From Camelus ferus (lineage: Eukaryota), in the NCBI RefSeq assembly GCF_009834535.1, contig NC_045697.1, positions 47,742,001-47,806,000 of the forward strand: a DNA stretch of 64,000 nt, written 5' to 3'. Of the stretch, positions 27,433 through 40,950 are shown piece by piece. The notes beneath the pieces are model-generated. The model did no database searches, was not told where the DNA came from, and worked only from the letters and a program-made list of their open reading frames with translations. The translations under genes were made by a program, and so were the position numbers. The first letter of the stretch is position 1; every line of letters starts with the position of its first letter.

Positions 27433-29299
27433 TTCTAAAAAGTCTGGCCTGAACTTGCTGACATAGCTTTTGAGGAACTATTAGAAATATAGTAAAAGCA
27501 TTAAAAGAAAGAAATATTGATTGAATGTAACCATTTGATAGTTTTAATTTGGCCATTTCATAACTGCATTAATTAAGAAACAAGTGGCCACATACAGAAT
27601 CTATCTGGTAAAGACAATGACATATTACTACTCCTGTAGTACTTTCACAAGGCATTCCTGGAGCCCCAAATATTACTGACTTAAATCTTAATTATATGTA
27701 CAGCACATTAATGTTTTCAAAGCCCACTCACAAGCCAGGGGCCTCAAGAAATAGCTACCAAGAAAGAAAGTCACCTAGTGGGAAAGCTCACATGTGGCTA
27801 AGGTATAAAATATAATAAAATAGATTATAGATTCACGATCTCCAGATTTACGGGTCCCAGAGGATAAGTTAATTTATAAATATGTATATGAATGACTGTG
27901 TGATTCCTTTAAAGCAACAGTAAAAGCCAGATTCTTGATATGTATTCATTGATTATTCATTAGTTTCATTTATTCAGTTAGTTTTGTATGTTGCTTTTCT
28001 ACACATTATTATAAGGTGATAGTATTACAGTTTTTAATCAAAGATCAAAAACCTGCTAACCACATGCAATTAGACATCTTCCTTTCTTTGAAGAATGCTT
28101 TATTCAACTAAAATTTATATTATGAAAAAACATAGAAAGCAGGACAATATATTCATTAAAGTGAAGGAGATTATCAAAGAAATTCTCAATATAGTAAAAA
28201 AAAAAAAATTGGGGCTGTCAAACATTCCAAAAATTGCTTTTTATTGTATTTTTTTAAAGTATTGTGTTCTTAAAATATATGTTTTTCTTTGATTCAGAAT
28301 CCCTTCCTATCTCTTGAGAATACTCCATCCAGGATGTAAATAAGGCAGCAGTAGGCCTGTTGCCGCTCAAAGTATTCTCTTAGTCTTCCAACATGTCTAG
28401 TTTCTATCCTAATGAACTCTTCATGAGTCTCGCATTGTGGCAAAACAGAACCCTATCTTACATTTCACAATTTATGCCCTGATTTCAAGTTTGGTCATGT
28501 TTCAGACAGTTGCATTCTTCCCTCTGTGATGTTAAGACCAGTGCGTTTAAAACCGATGAGGAACATGCATCCTCTCCCCTACCATCTCTAGTCAAATGGA
28601 ACAAAAAGTGAATTCCTATGGGTCTTTGTAAAGCACCAAGGAGTCTCCTCCCCCATTACCTCTCCTTGTTTCCTTTCCACATTCGCTGAGAAGAGAAATA
28701 AGAGGTCCTGGTTCTGGACATCAGAATCTCTCCCGTCACTGAGTCTTTCATTATATTGAGAGAGGGAACAGAAAAGCACATCTAGGGTGCTTTGAATAAC
28801 CAAATTTCTAGAACTTTATGACGCCTGTCAACCACCCCACTCTCTTTCCCCTTTTCCAAAATAAGAATTATGAGTGAATGCTATATAATCACATAAAAAC
28901 ATACTGTGTTAGGTAAACCCAACGGTCCAGAGCAGATGTGGAAGGCAACTACTTCCATTAAATATGTACTCTTCTGAAGATTATGCCAAGCCGAGATGGA
29001 ATTTTGGCTTCAGAACAAGATAAAGGCTCTTTCAGACTGGGAGCTAGCCACACGGAGTCACCTGATGCCAGGAGGAGGGACTGGGGAAGAGCAGGTTTTC
29101 TAAAGAATTTGGATCTAAAGTAAAGAAAAGCTGGAAAGGAGATCAAACCACTGCTGAGAAAACAAATAAATCCAATCAATCTAAGTCAGAAGGACAATCA
29201 ATGGAAGAAGCAACATGAAGCAAGGTTAGGATGAACACCTTGTGTGAACTTCAGCATTAGTTCAACTTTATTACAAAACATAACAATATAAAACATTGT

Positions 29300-29531
29300 T
29301 CGAGACTTGCAAATATTAACTACTATATATAAAAATAGATAAAAACAACTGTCTTCTGTATAGCACAGGGAACTATATTCAGTATCTTGTAATAACCTTT
29401 TAATGAAAAAGATATGAAAACAAATATATATGTGTATATGTATGATGGGGACATTATGCTGTACACCAGAGATTGACATATTGTAACTGACTATATGTCA
29501 ATAAAAAAAAAAATCAATCAATCAATCAATC
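29300..29531 (+). mobile_element. Young camelid-type L1 3' end with A tail and (AATC)n
   Basis: ctgtatagcacagggaactatattcagtatcttgtaataacctt...gggacattatgctgtacaccagagattgac...caataaaaaaaaaaatcaatcaatc. Confidence 0.88.
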
Positions 29532-29966
29532 ACTCTATGATCTTAGTAGAAAATCATTGCAGGACATGAAATACAGGATAAAAGTATGATTCCAAAACAC
29601 GGTCTATTTTCTTTAACATATTATTAACTATGTATTATTTGCTTCCTTTTTAAATTTTTAAATTTTTAGTTAAAAGGTCCTCTGATATAGTGGTAAGTTT
29701 TTGAAAAACCAGCATTTGGCCTTTCATATCTATACCACGAGCACCAGCATGGTAGGCATAACAGCGATGCAATGAATTTCTGCTGAACTGACTGGATGAA
29801 TGAACAAATGTATATCTCATCTTCTCTTTTCATGAAAGGATGTACAGTATAATGAATTAATTAACATACAACGTGAGAGAAAGCCAAAAAAACACATATG
29901 GTGAATCATTCCATCTTGCTAGCAAGACCAGACCTATTTATTTAAACGAATGAAGACAGTGACCTG

Positions 29967-30122
29967 CACAAGGATATATTGTACAGCATAGGGAACATAG
30001 CCAATATTTTATAATAACTTTAAATGGAGTATAATGTGTAAAAATTTTGAATCACTGTGTTGTACACCTAAAACTAACATTATATTGTAAATCAACTATA
30101 CCTCAATTTAAAAATTTTTTAA
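29967..30122 (+). mobile_element. Laurasiatherian/cetartiodactyl L1 3' end
   Basis: acaaggatatattgtacagcatagggaacatagccaatattttataataactttaaatggag...tgtaaatcaactatacctcaat. Confidence 0.85.
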
Positions 30123-33100
30123 AAATATAATAGTCTGCATTGTATACAGGTAAGACCAGTTGTATACAAACTGTATGAGTTCCAAGGAAGAAAAATCTGG
30201 TGGGTGACCCCAGATCTCCCTCTTCCCTATATGTCTGCAAAGATTGTGTTTCCAGACTATCTCTTGTCCTTGATAGATTTATACTAAATAGTCTTAAAAT
30301 CATTTTGCACATTAGGGAGCAAACATGTTAAGATTACAGTGGCCAAGACACCAACTGTGGTGAGTCTGGTGCTAGCTTGGCTCATGTGCAATGTGGTAGC
30401 CTCTCATGGGGCTTCTGTTCAGATTTATTCCTCAACATCTTATTTTCACCTTGTGTTTAATGTCAAAGTTGTCACAACCACTCCTGGAAGAAACTGGAGT
30501 AAAACACTCAATAAAAACACTGTCACAGTTCCATAGCAATATAGGAGGTTCTAGCTGAGAGCACCGAGCTAAGTGAGCTCTGAGCATGGAGGAGGCTACT
30601 TCCCATGGGGGGTGTTCCATTCCAGCTGATCCCAGCAAATGCTGGGGATGGGAAGGTGTTGCTGTCTCGCCTGTCAAGCAGAGCTTAGCTCTTCCCTTCA
30701 GCATTACTGATCAGCAAAGCTAAAGAGTAGAACTGCAACACACCACTTCTTCCCTCACCAGGCCCATCTCTTTATTCTGTCCCCAAGCCCCCATCTCCAC
30801 TATATCTCCATATCCTAGGAGGAAAAGAGCTAAGAGAAACAGTTGTATCTACACATAAAGACCAAGAAGGTCACCTGCCAAACATGGCCTCTCAGAAGGC
30901 AAGAGAGAACTAAAAAACTTACAGTTTTTGAGACTCCAGGTATATAAAAATATTGGAAAAAATTACTAACAATGTCAAAGGTTTTATTTAACAATTAAAA
31001 TTGTTTGATGAATGTCTTCGTCTCACACCGTCTCTGTATCCAAGAGTTAGTGGCTACTGGAGACCATATAAAAGGTCTGAATACTAAAAGTCCCTTCCTG
31101 GTCTTTAGGCTGGTTTCACTGGCTTTCCTGAGTGCCCTTAGAGCCACTTCCATTGGCCCTGGACCCCGGGTACTTGTTTTTGCCTTTCTGTGTCTTACAG
31201 CGAGAAGCAGAAAAAGCCATTCATTGGGAAGTTGAGCTGCTTCCCATGTCTCTCTGTGTGCTTCAGAACAGGCAGAGGTGGGTGCTGGCATATTCTAGAT
31301 GTAGAAGATAAAGACACACACACACACCACCATCTCCAAAAGTGTTCTGTTATTCTATGAATAGGAGGCAAATCTAGATATGTTTTCACTTTGGTTTAAA
31401 GAATGGGAGAGTTACTCAATGTTCAACTTCTGTGCTTGTTTCTCTGTTAGGTGAAACTATTTTGCTCTATTGTCCCCTTCCCTCAGATCCTATACAGGGG
31501 TGAGTGTACTCATTATATGGTAAGAAATTTAGATACGTCTGACTGAGAGAAATCTGTAGTACTATGGTAACTTCCATCTCACAGTAATGAAATCTTCCTA
31601 ATAGTCCTCACTGCTTTATGTATTTGGTTTACACAGCTAATTTCTATTAGATTTGCTTTTTTAAAAAGTCTTTTTCCCATTCTTTCAGCCTCTTCTCCAA
31701 CTTTCAGCTTTTACTTTAACTACACTGTTCAGCTAGAAGTTAAAATGCCTCTGTGAAGGTGGTACCCAATGCCATCTTAACTTGGAGCAGTAAGGAGAAT
31801 TTGTAGAGTCGTTCAGTAAAGTTCACACTCAGTGTGATAATGATCACAGCCAACAAGTACGGAATAAATCCAATTAGCATATGGGTACTTAGAGTTCATT
31901 CATTTAATATGAAGTGACATTTTGATAACTAAAGAATTGAGCCATTAACACTCTCTGGTTACAACCTGTCTGACAGATTCTGGGCAAGAACTTCACTAAT
32001 TGAGTTTTCAAGGACTTAGGTGAGGATTAGTCATGGGGATGTGGTCCATGCTCTACTTCTCCTGTAAAAGAGTTTCTGAGATCCTTTGAAAATGGCTTCT
32101 TTTCCAAAAAGTCACTAAGGAGGTATGTTCAACAGTTCAGAAAAGAAGAAAATTGTTCCAATTTGGGGGTTTTTTTTCCTTTTGAAAATCACCATGTTCA
32201 ACCTTGATCAAAGAGGCTCAATTGGTTAGAACGTTTTGGAAGTGTGCCATTCAAATTTTAAAATGCTATGGATATAAATTTGCAATTTTAGGTCTTAGGG
32301 CCACTGCGGCCTAATTTGGGGTATTAATGGGGAGTGGGTTTTATTTGTTATTTTGAGAGGGTCAATGGCTATTTGCAGAGTGAAGCAGACCAATGGATTT
32401 TAGCAGAATGAACAATTGCACTCCTGAACCCTGGGCAGAGCCCTGCCTCCATGCACACTTGCTCTGCTCTTGTCTTAGACCCTCATTTAGTGTCCTTCAT
32501 GTTCTGCCAGAATATCTGGTCAACATTCTCTTTCCTCCATTCTGCTGTCTTATCCTTCTTTCTATAACAAATATGAAAACACATTACAGACTAAAAAGCA
32601 CTGAAGAAATATGTTATTATTACAACTTGAGCCATAATGTTGTCCAAGAATATTAGGACCAGAAATTCTCAGTCAAGAGTTTTCTCCAGATAGAAAATTC
32701 CAATTTTCCAGCTCAGGTACTTATTTAAAAAATTCAAAAACACTTTGGATGAAAATGTTAAAAATTATACTCTTACTTTGAAATTATGGGAGAAAAGGAG
32801 ACCAAACAAAGTTTCAGGTTCTCATAGATGTGAACATAAGAATATTAAGCAATGGACTTTTTCACTCCTACAATTTTTACCATCTAAACAATTCCAAAAC
32901 CACTATATGCCTATGTGTGAAAAAATAAACACATGGACCGAATGTTGAAGCAACAGCAAGCACAGGGAGCCCTAATCCTAAACTTGCCTCCGATTCACAG
33001 CATCAACTAAAACATGTTCTTTCACAAATGCTTCTCAGCCTCTCCTTTTGTAAAGAAACAGTTACACTTGTTGGGTCAGCCAAAAGATCTGTGGAGTAAA

Positions 33101-33319
33101 GGCCCTATATAAAGCAGTCTTATAACAATTTCTCTTTTTAAAAAAATCAAGTTAACCATGTGGAAAAATTAAAGGACGTTTATCCATATTAAATGGCCCC
33201 AATAGCCAGGCTAAGCACTTCAGCAGCTCTTATATTCCGCCAAAGATTTACTAGTAGCTTCTCCTCCCTTCTCCAGCATAGTCTTGCTTTAGACTAGCAA
33301 TAGCCTAAGGTGGAAAGAC

Positions 33320-33712
33320 AGTGAGCATCGAAGCCAGCATTTCTTGACTACATTCCCAGTGTTGCCCCTTCACAGCGCATGTGATCTTCAGGAGACTCTC
33401 TAGCCTCAATGTTCTTAATGGTACAGTAGGGATAATACTAGCCACACCTTGATGATGGTTGGAGGATGAGATGGGACAAGATGTATACACACCAGGAGCC
33501 AGGATCAGCTACATAATTTGTGGGGTCCAGTACAAAGTGAAGACACAGGGCACCTTGTTCCAAAAGTACTAAAAATTTCAACATGGCAACAGCAGAGCAT
33601 AAAACCAAGAGCAGGGCCCTTCTGAGGATGGGACCTGGGTGACTGCATGGGACCTGTGAAGCTACCCTTGCCCAGAGGCATTGAAAGTACTCAATAAATA
33701 ATAGGTATTATT
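33320..33712 (+). mobile_element. MIR SINE interrupted by MER45A
   Basis: gtgatcttcaggagactctctagcctcaatgttcttaatggtacagtagggataatac...tactcaataaataataggtattatta. Confidence 0.6.
33500..33670. mobile_element. MER45A-like hAT-Tip100 MITE
   Basis: caggatcagctacataatttgtggggtccagtacaaagtgaa...ggcaacagcagagcataaaaccaag...gggcccttctgag...tgaagctacccttg. Confidence 0.85.
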
Positions 33713-34544
33713 AAAGCATTTACTTTGATACAAACTTTTAACTTTTCAGAGCGTTTTAGGAGAGAGGTGGTGTTCCCAATGGGCACACAACCGTCAGAGA
33801 GTAGAAATGTCATTGAACAACTGCTGGAAAGCCACTGAGTATCTCTAAATCGTCTCATATTCAGAAGAGAGATTGATTCAGAGAAGTGGTTTTCAAACTA
33901 TGTTTTGAAGCTATGCTCTGGAGAATCCTTGGAGTACCCTCAAGGACACAAAGGGCAGGCAAAGAGAGGGCAAGTCAAGTATTTTACTTGAAACAGAGTG
34001 ACTGTGTTTTCTTACCCTCATTTGAAAAAATGAGCTACATGAAAACTACTAGATTTGTGGAGCTTGCAGTCTTTCCAATTTAAAGTTCTATGCTCTATTT
34101 CTTGCAGTATCTTTGCAGCAACCTTAAAAGTAGAAGGACAGATAACATCACCTCCATTTGATAAAGAACACACAGAGTGCACCACCATCTTATCTACAGT
34201 TGCATCACTATCCAAGCCCTCCGCCCACCTTCTCAACACCAGTTTCCTTCCTGGGCTGCCTCTCTCCTCTCCAGTCGCTGGATATTATGTTCTTCTAAGG
34301 ACATTTCCTTTCTAGTTTCTCAAGAAACCCAGCTCCCTCTGAGGTGACCTCTGTGTTGATGTGACCACAGCAGAAGAAGGAAGACGGCTACAAAATGAGA
34401 TGAATTAGAGGTCAATTCAACACGATAATAAGCTACTTCCACCCAAACTGTCTCTCATTTAGATCCAACATCTCTTTCCTAAACCTGGAATTCCCTTTCT
34501 TCAACCCTGCTCCACAAAGTACCTAACTGCTATTGGTTCTTTCA

Positions 34545-34735
34545 GGTAAGAGCTCACACTACAGAACCACACAGCCTGGGTCTGAATCCCCACCCCACCA
34601 CGTTCTCACTGTGTGACCTGGAGCAAGAACCTCTCTGGCCAGAGTTTTCTCATAGGGTTATTATAAAAGACTAGATGAATGCATATATATAAAACACTTG
34701 GAACAGTGCCTCGAACATAGTAAGGGCTGTAGAAG
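34545..34735 (+). mobile_element. MIR SINE
   Basis: cctgggtctgaatccc...ctgtgtgacctggagcaag...aaaacacttggaacagtgcctcgaacatagtaag. Confidence 0.8.
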
Positions 34736-35818
34736 TGTATACTGAGTAAATGAATAAAATACATGTTTTATTTACCTCTTACCACATTTGCCTCTTCACC
34801 GCCATCTTTTAAAAGGTTAGCCAAAAGGATTTCACAAGTGGAGGGGAGAGCTGGAATAGGGGACAAGGACAGGAGGCGTGCTCAGAGGCTGCTGTCATTC
34901 CTAAGAACATACCTCCCATCACAGCCATTACTTCTGTCTGGAAGGGCCAATTATAGAAGCATTCCAAATTTACTTGTCCTTACTCCCACATTTCACACCA
35001 TCCCCTTTCAAGTACCGAATACACATGTGATGAAGTAAAAATAAGTTACTGAGACCACCCTCAACTTACAAATGACCCCAATGCACCAAGGCCACCTCCT
35101 TCATTGCCCCATGCCATTCCCCCATTCCCAAGTTGAGACCTGGCTTGCAGTGCCAAGGGAGCCCTCATGAACTAACGCGACAAGGAGATTTGTTTTTAAT
35201 CTGTGGATACAGAATTAGAAAGGGAGGAAATTGTACAAAGGAGAGCAGGCTGATCCCAGGAGAAGGAGCTCAGTTAGGACTCTCCTGTTAGTGTCCCCCC
35301 ACCAACCACCACCACCACAGAAAAGAACACATTTCAGAGGGCTGGAAATATTTTACTCTACTTGCTTATATACAGTCTACATTCCCACATTAAGAGATTC
35401 ATTTGAGTTCAACTCTTGTTTTTAAAATAGGACATTCACTCAACAATAGAAATTGAAGTAACTGCCACACTGTCAGATGCTATTCTTGGCTCTGGGAGTA
35501 TGCTGGCCACTGAACAAAGTCTGTGCTCCCCTGGAACTCATATTTAGGGAATTAAAGGGCCATCAGGTACTCACATTTTAGTATGTGTGGTTACATATTT
35601 ATTTATTCCTAACTCTATCTGGAGCAGAAGGAGCAGGGAGCACTTTGGAGAGAATTCAGACTCATCCTGAGCCAACACATTGAAGAAGAGGGTTATAGCA
35701 AGAAGAAAATTGCGGAAGTGTGAAAGAGAACAAAAGGTAAAAGAGGACTAAAAAGTAACTTCTATCTTTACATTGTTAGCCTAAAGCCAAGTCTACACTT
35801 CCCACACCACACAGTCCC

Positions 35819-36179
35819 TGCACAAGTCTGCTAGGGCTGCCATCCAGACTGTCACAGGCTGTGTGGCCCAAATAAAGCAGGTCAGAAGTCAAAGATCAAG
35901 GCATTGGCAGGGCTGGTTTCCTCTAAGGCCTCTCTCTTTGGCTTTTAGATGGTTGGCTTCTTCCAGTCTCCTCACATGGTCTTCCCACTGTGTGTGTGTG
36001 TCCTAATCTCCTCTTTTTATAAGGACACCAGTCATTTTGGATTAGGGTCCACTCTAATGATTATTTTGCCTTAATTACCTCTTTAAAGGACCTATATTCA
36101 AATACATTCACATTCTGAGGTACTGAGAGTTACAGCTTCAACATAAGAATTTAGGGAAGACACAGCTCAGCCCCTAACA
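35819..36179 (-). mobile_element. MaLR solo LTR, MLT1B-like
   Basis: ctgctagggctgccat...tcctaatctcctctttttataaggacaccagtcattttggattaggg...cacattctgaggtact...cagcccctaaca; TSD gtccc/gtcct. Confidence 0.9.
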
Positions 36180-37044
36180 GTCCTCTCGCTACTCTTAAGA
36201 TCAAAACCAAGATAATGTAATAATGAGACTTCACCAAGCATTCAATAGATCCAACCAGATTTTATGAACTATTTTGTGGGGAAAATTGGCTCGAACTTCA
36301 AAATAAACAAATTACAAATAAACTCTTAGAGCTATCAATGTAGTAGCCCATCTGGAAATAGTCTTCTCCCCCGGCTCACCCCAACACAATGAGGCTTTCA
36401 TTGCTTGAGTGAAACCCAACCAAGTGGGATCTAACCACTTGAGGGTAGAATTTCTTCTCTTGAAAAAGTTTTGACATTTTTACAATCAAAGTAAGGATCT
36501 TTCTGGTCAATTAGACAGGTTTTAAGCATTTCTTTATTTATAGACATTACATTGCTTTTACGATTGTGATTCTTAATAATGTCTCCTGGTGAAAAAGTCA
36601 GTCACGGGAGGAGCACTCCTCCCTCTGAACACAGGCTGAGCGTTAATGTCATTCTTTCTGGCTTCACAGACTTAGGTGGCACATGTATGACTTAAAACCA
36701 AGCAAAATTCCTAAATCTAGAACTTAACTTTGGTAAAATTGTTTCATATGACAACCGGAAAATTCTGGCAAGCCTCACAGATGCTTTATCCCTCAGTGGA
36801 CAACAGCAACAAGGGGACAGCAAGTATTACTCTCAAGCCAACTGGGTAATTCTAGTTTATTATCTAGAAGCCTTACAATTCCGTTATTTTAAAAAATGGT
36901 GCTCTTGGTTATAAGCAGATTGCTAAATCACTCTACGGAAATGCATACATTCTTTATACCTGCGGCTAATGCTTTATAAATGCTGAATTGTAGAAACTAA
37001 ACTTTCCCAGGCACTTGAAGGTTTATAAAAGGCAAAGCAGACTG

Positions 37045-37405
37045 ACCTTAGTGTCTTAGTCTGGGCTCTACTACCCTCAGTGAAGCCTTGAAAAAGTTCC
37101 TTACCTTCCCCACACCTGTTCTCCCATAAAATGGAAATGGTGCCTGGAAGCTACCTCATGGGGCTCTGGAGAAGACAAAGAGTGATGGACGCATGCAAAG
37201 CACTTAACAAAATGCCGAGTGGGTAAGCATGTAGTAAACTGCAGTCACAATTATTATTAGTGGTACACAGGCTTCGTAACAACCCTGTGGAACACATACA
37301 TACTATCATATCCACTTCCAGAATGAGAAAACGGGGACTTAGAGAAGTTGTCACTTGCTTAAACCCAAATAACCAATAAGGAACATTCTCTAACTCCAGA
37401 CCTTG
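37045..37405. mobile_element. Two adjacent MIRs in opposite orientation (tail-to-tail)
   Basis: + MIR ending gcatgcaaagcacttaacaaaatgcc...attattattag, then - MIR aacaaccctgtgg...gaaaacggggacttagagaagttgtcacttgc. Confidence 0.65.
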
Positions 37406-37979
37406 GAATTTACATGAAACCAAGATGAACTACAGGTGCTGATGAAATGTTTTTAGATAAACTGACACTTACACCTTTGCCCCTCCGCCCAACCTCATTT
37501 TCACTAGCCTTTCACTTCTATGTTGGTTTCCAAAAGCTAACTGACATAGACATATAAGTAAATTATTCATGGCTTGTATCAACTATAGACTCTAAGCAAT
37601 ATCTACAATATCTACTAGTAATCAATACAGGGACCTCTCAGATATGTGCAGTCATTGAAGAAACTAACAACTGTGTTTTCACTGTGGGAATTAATTATTG
37701 CCAATTTCAGATGGTAAACAAACTGTTCAAATAAAGTTAAATGTTACCTAAAGATGTTGTTCAATGTGTTCTTCCAAAAATATTTCAGGGAGATTTCAGG
37801 AAACAATATGTGGTCACAATTAAAGTTTTTAATTTGAAAATATGAAGAAAATTAAGAATAGCATCTATCTCTTATTGTTCGATCTTAGCCAGCAATTTAA
37901 TATTAACTGGTGAATTTAAAAAAGCATACATTAACATTTAAATAAATAAATAAATAAATATCCTATAACAAACACTATA

Positions 37980-38175
37980 CTAAATATATTATCTCTTTGG
38001 ATTCCCCACAACTGCCCCATGCAGTAAGTACTATTATTATCCCATTTTACAGATGAGGAAATCAAGGCATAGGAATTCTGTAACTTGCCCAAGGACCAAC
38101 AGCTACTAGATAAAAGAACCAGAATCTGAACTTCATTCATCTGGCTCCAGGGTTTACACTACTAAGCAGTACTTT
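37980..38175 (-). mobile_element. MIR SINE
   Basis: tactattattatcccattttacagatgaggaaatcaaggcatagg...taacttgcccaagg. Confidence 0.85.
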
Positions 38176-38922
38176 ATACTGAATCAAGTACTCAAGTAAC
38201 AGTATATAAATAGGTTCTGTTAATGGGCTTGAAAACAGTCTGTTTCAGTGGGTTAACCAATGACTATGCAATAAGCAATTACATTTTTTCTCAATGCAAG
38301 GTCAAATCTCAGCTCAGCAAAATTTCCACCAAAAAAGGAGCGTTCCCATCACATAGTTCATATTAGAACACTCCACGTTATTAAGATTCTATTATAGATA
38401 AAAGTCAGAAAAAATGCAACTTTAAAATATTTTCTGCTAAAGATTCAAACATATATTGAATACAATATAGGAGGAGAAAAGAATGTTGCGTGTGGCTTTA
38501 AGCCAGCTTGCCCCAAAAAACTCGCTGCTACTTCAAACAAGCCAAATACGTAACTTAGAGCACTTGCCATCGTTTTCATTTTTAGAAAATTATGCAAAAT
38601 CCACTGACCTCACTTTTCATCTTTTCCCTAATATGAAAGATGCTGTGTGACCCAAAGTTCTTTGGAAATACATGGATGGTATAACGACGGAGCACTGCAT
38701 GTTTTCCTAATTTCACTTTTATGATTGCAAAAATCCCCTTGATTATTCGTATATAATTCTACCTATTCCTTTCACACTGATGTTGTGTTTCTAACTGCAT
38801 GATGATTCCTAGGTCACCTGCTGTGACATCCCAGACTGGTCATCAAGGCTGAGGATGGGGTAAGGACAGGGGAGCAGACTCCAGAAACAGATGAGTTGTG
38901 ATGCAGAGCTCACTCTCATTAC

Positions 38923-38994
38923 CTGCAATATCATACAGCATCTATTAAAACCTACTTCTGAGATTGCTGCTTGTGGTAACCTTAACAGAAATAA
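38923..38994 (-). other. Candidate exon (72 nt, or 58 nt with the inner acceptor at 38980)
   Basis: tatattttcag|TTATTT...TTGCAG|gtaatg; 72-nt form is open in phase 0 (LFLLRLPQAAISEVGFNRCCMILQ); not recognised. Confidence 0.22.
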
Positions 38995-39802
38995 CTGAAA
39001 ATATATGCTTTGCAAACAGAATTTCTCTAAATAGAACACTTTTAAATTGGTCCTTGAGGTGTCAGAGGATTTTTTAATTTTGTCTTCATAACTGTGTTCT
39101 TTCACAATTCACTGGCTTTCCGTCTTCAAATGCTAATTTCTTTTTCTACTAGAAAAGATAATAGGCACCTCCACTTACAGCAGATGGTTCTCTATAAAAA
39201 AAATAAAAATAAAAAGTTGGAGAGCATCTGGCCAGATATATCAGATCTGGTGGTTCACATTTTAAATACCTGTTATTCTTGATTTGATTTATTCAGACAA
39301 AAATAATTTTAATCCTGGTAACAATCTTCTGCTTTTCTGAAATATAAATAAGGTTTTTATGGGAATAGGTATTAAATATAATCAGTTGTCACAATGGTAT
39401 GAATACTGTTTTTCTTTTTCAATAAAAGCAACATGCCCTAGTCAGAACAGCTGCAAAAATAGAGATTCACTTCGATTTATACTCAGCACTTTCTATCTTA
39501 GCTTCTAGAAACCCTGGTTAACTCCCTTCCATTACTGCAATGCTTATTTTTTCATGGCTCCTGCACAGGCATTTGAGCTTTAAGCTGGTCCTTGTGGTAT
39601 TTTTCCATTTCGGACTAACTTTATCGTATCTTGGATGTTTCTCAATGCATATCTAATTATTCTTTTTTTGAGAGAGGCTCCTTCCTTTTGGCTGCTCCTG
39701 AATTAAGATGAGAGTATGACCACAACCTTGGCTTTGGAATTTTCCTGGGGTGAACCAGTGCTGTCAAAAAACGGGGTGACTATGAATGAAAATGACACAT
39801 AC

Positions 39803-39830
39803 CTCACTGTAATCTTTCATGGACACCCAG
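39803..39830 (-). other. Candidate 28-nt exon
   Basis: Branch point and pyrimidine tract ctttaacctttactttttgtgtag|CTGGGTGTCCATGAAAGATTACAGTGAG|gtatgt. Confidence 0.35.
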
Positions 39831-40169
39831 CTACACAAAAAGTAAAGGTTAAAGCAGTTAAGTTTTTTCTTTCACAAACCATCACTCAATAAACAACCCT
39901 TCTGTGGTCTGCAGCTTCCCCTCTGTGCACACAGGTCTGGTCATATGTATGAGAGAGAGAGGCTTTGCCTGCTTTGTGTGGAACTGCAGGAGTTACTCTG
40001 AAGTCTTCTGATACCTTTTAGTCTATGATCTATGCATGCATCTGATGGTGACAGAGTGCAAGGAATAACACACTCCTTACGGACCATCTCCACTGTAAGG
40101 TCCTTCCAACCCGCCTCCCCCGGCCCCCCACCCCAGTCCACTGAGGACCCAGAAGAGCAGCATCACTGC

Positions 40170-40345
40170 CATTGATGAAACACCCACCACATGCTAGTCC
40201 TCATGGTAACCCATCCTACAGAGCAGGAACCTGAGGTTAGCAAGGAGTAAATAAGTAACGCATGTAAAATTGCTTCGTAAGGAAGCAGCATTACAGGATC
40301 TGAATTCAGGTCCATCCTGAAGTCGCTTTTTTCTACCACACTATA
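40170..40345 (-). mobile_element. Degenerate MIR
   Basis: cctacagagcaggaacctgaggttagcaaggagtaaataagt...tgaattcaggtccatcctga. Confidence 0.55.
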
Positions 40346-40599
40346 CTTCTCACCACCAAACCACTGACAGAATGAGAAGAACTGAAAACTCCAGAAAGAT
40401 TAGCCAGGGAAGTGCTTACCTCTGAGCCATCCAAGCCTCAGATCCCAAAACTGAAGCATGTACGATTTTTAAAAATAGATCTGTTTGAAAAAGCCAAGCC
40501 CTTCTGAAAAGCAAAAATGATCAAAGCCCACTGGAAAAGTCCAGCATTACTAAAGAGTAAAATATATTTTGACCCATTCACTCCCCGGAGCCACAAGGG

Positions 40600-40950
40600 C
40601 CCTTCAGAGCACAGTAAATTCCATCTCTGTAGATACTGGTGTGGTACCGAGAAGTTTTAAGCAGAAGAGTGACATGAGATTCATCTATGAACTAGATCTC
40701 TCTTGATGCTGCATAATCTGGATTTGAAGGACACAAGACTAGAGGGTAGGGGTCATGTTGGAGACCACTGCAGAAATCAAGCTAAAAGTTAATGGCGGCA
40801 TGGACCTAGATTGTGGCAGTATCAACAGCAGGAAAGAGAAATTCAGAAGTAATATGAAAAGTTAAATGACCAAGCATTTGTGACAGATTAGAGGGGGTAG
40901 TAGGAATGAGAAAAATCAATCTAAACCAATTTAAATGGATGCCACTGTTT
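40600..40950 (-). mobile_element. L2 fragment
   Basis: aagttttaagcagaagagtgacatgagattc...ggagaccactgcagaaatcaagc...gcatggacctagattgtggcag. Confidence 0.7.

Noticed and set aside
37045..37405. Inverted MIR pair as a dsRNA or miRNA source
   Set aside because: The copies look too diverged for a stable long duplex
40420..40450. 31-nt exon-like unit reading FWDLRLGWLR (WD40-like word)
   Set aside because: Poor pyrimidine tract, several competing AGs and no other WD40 exons nearby
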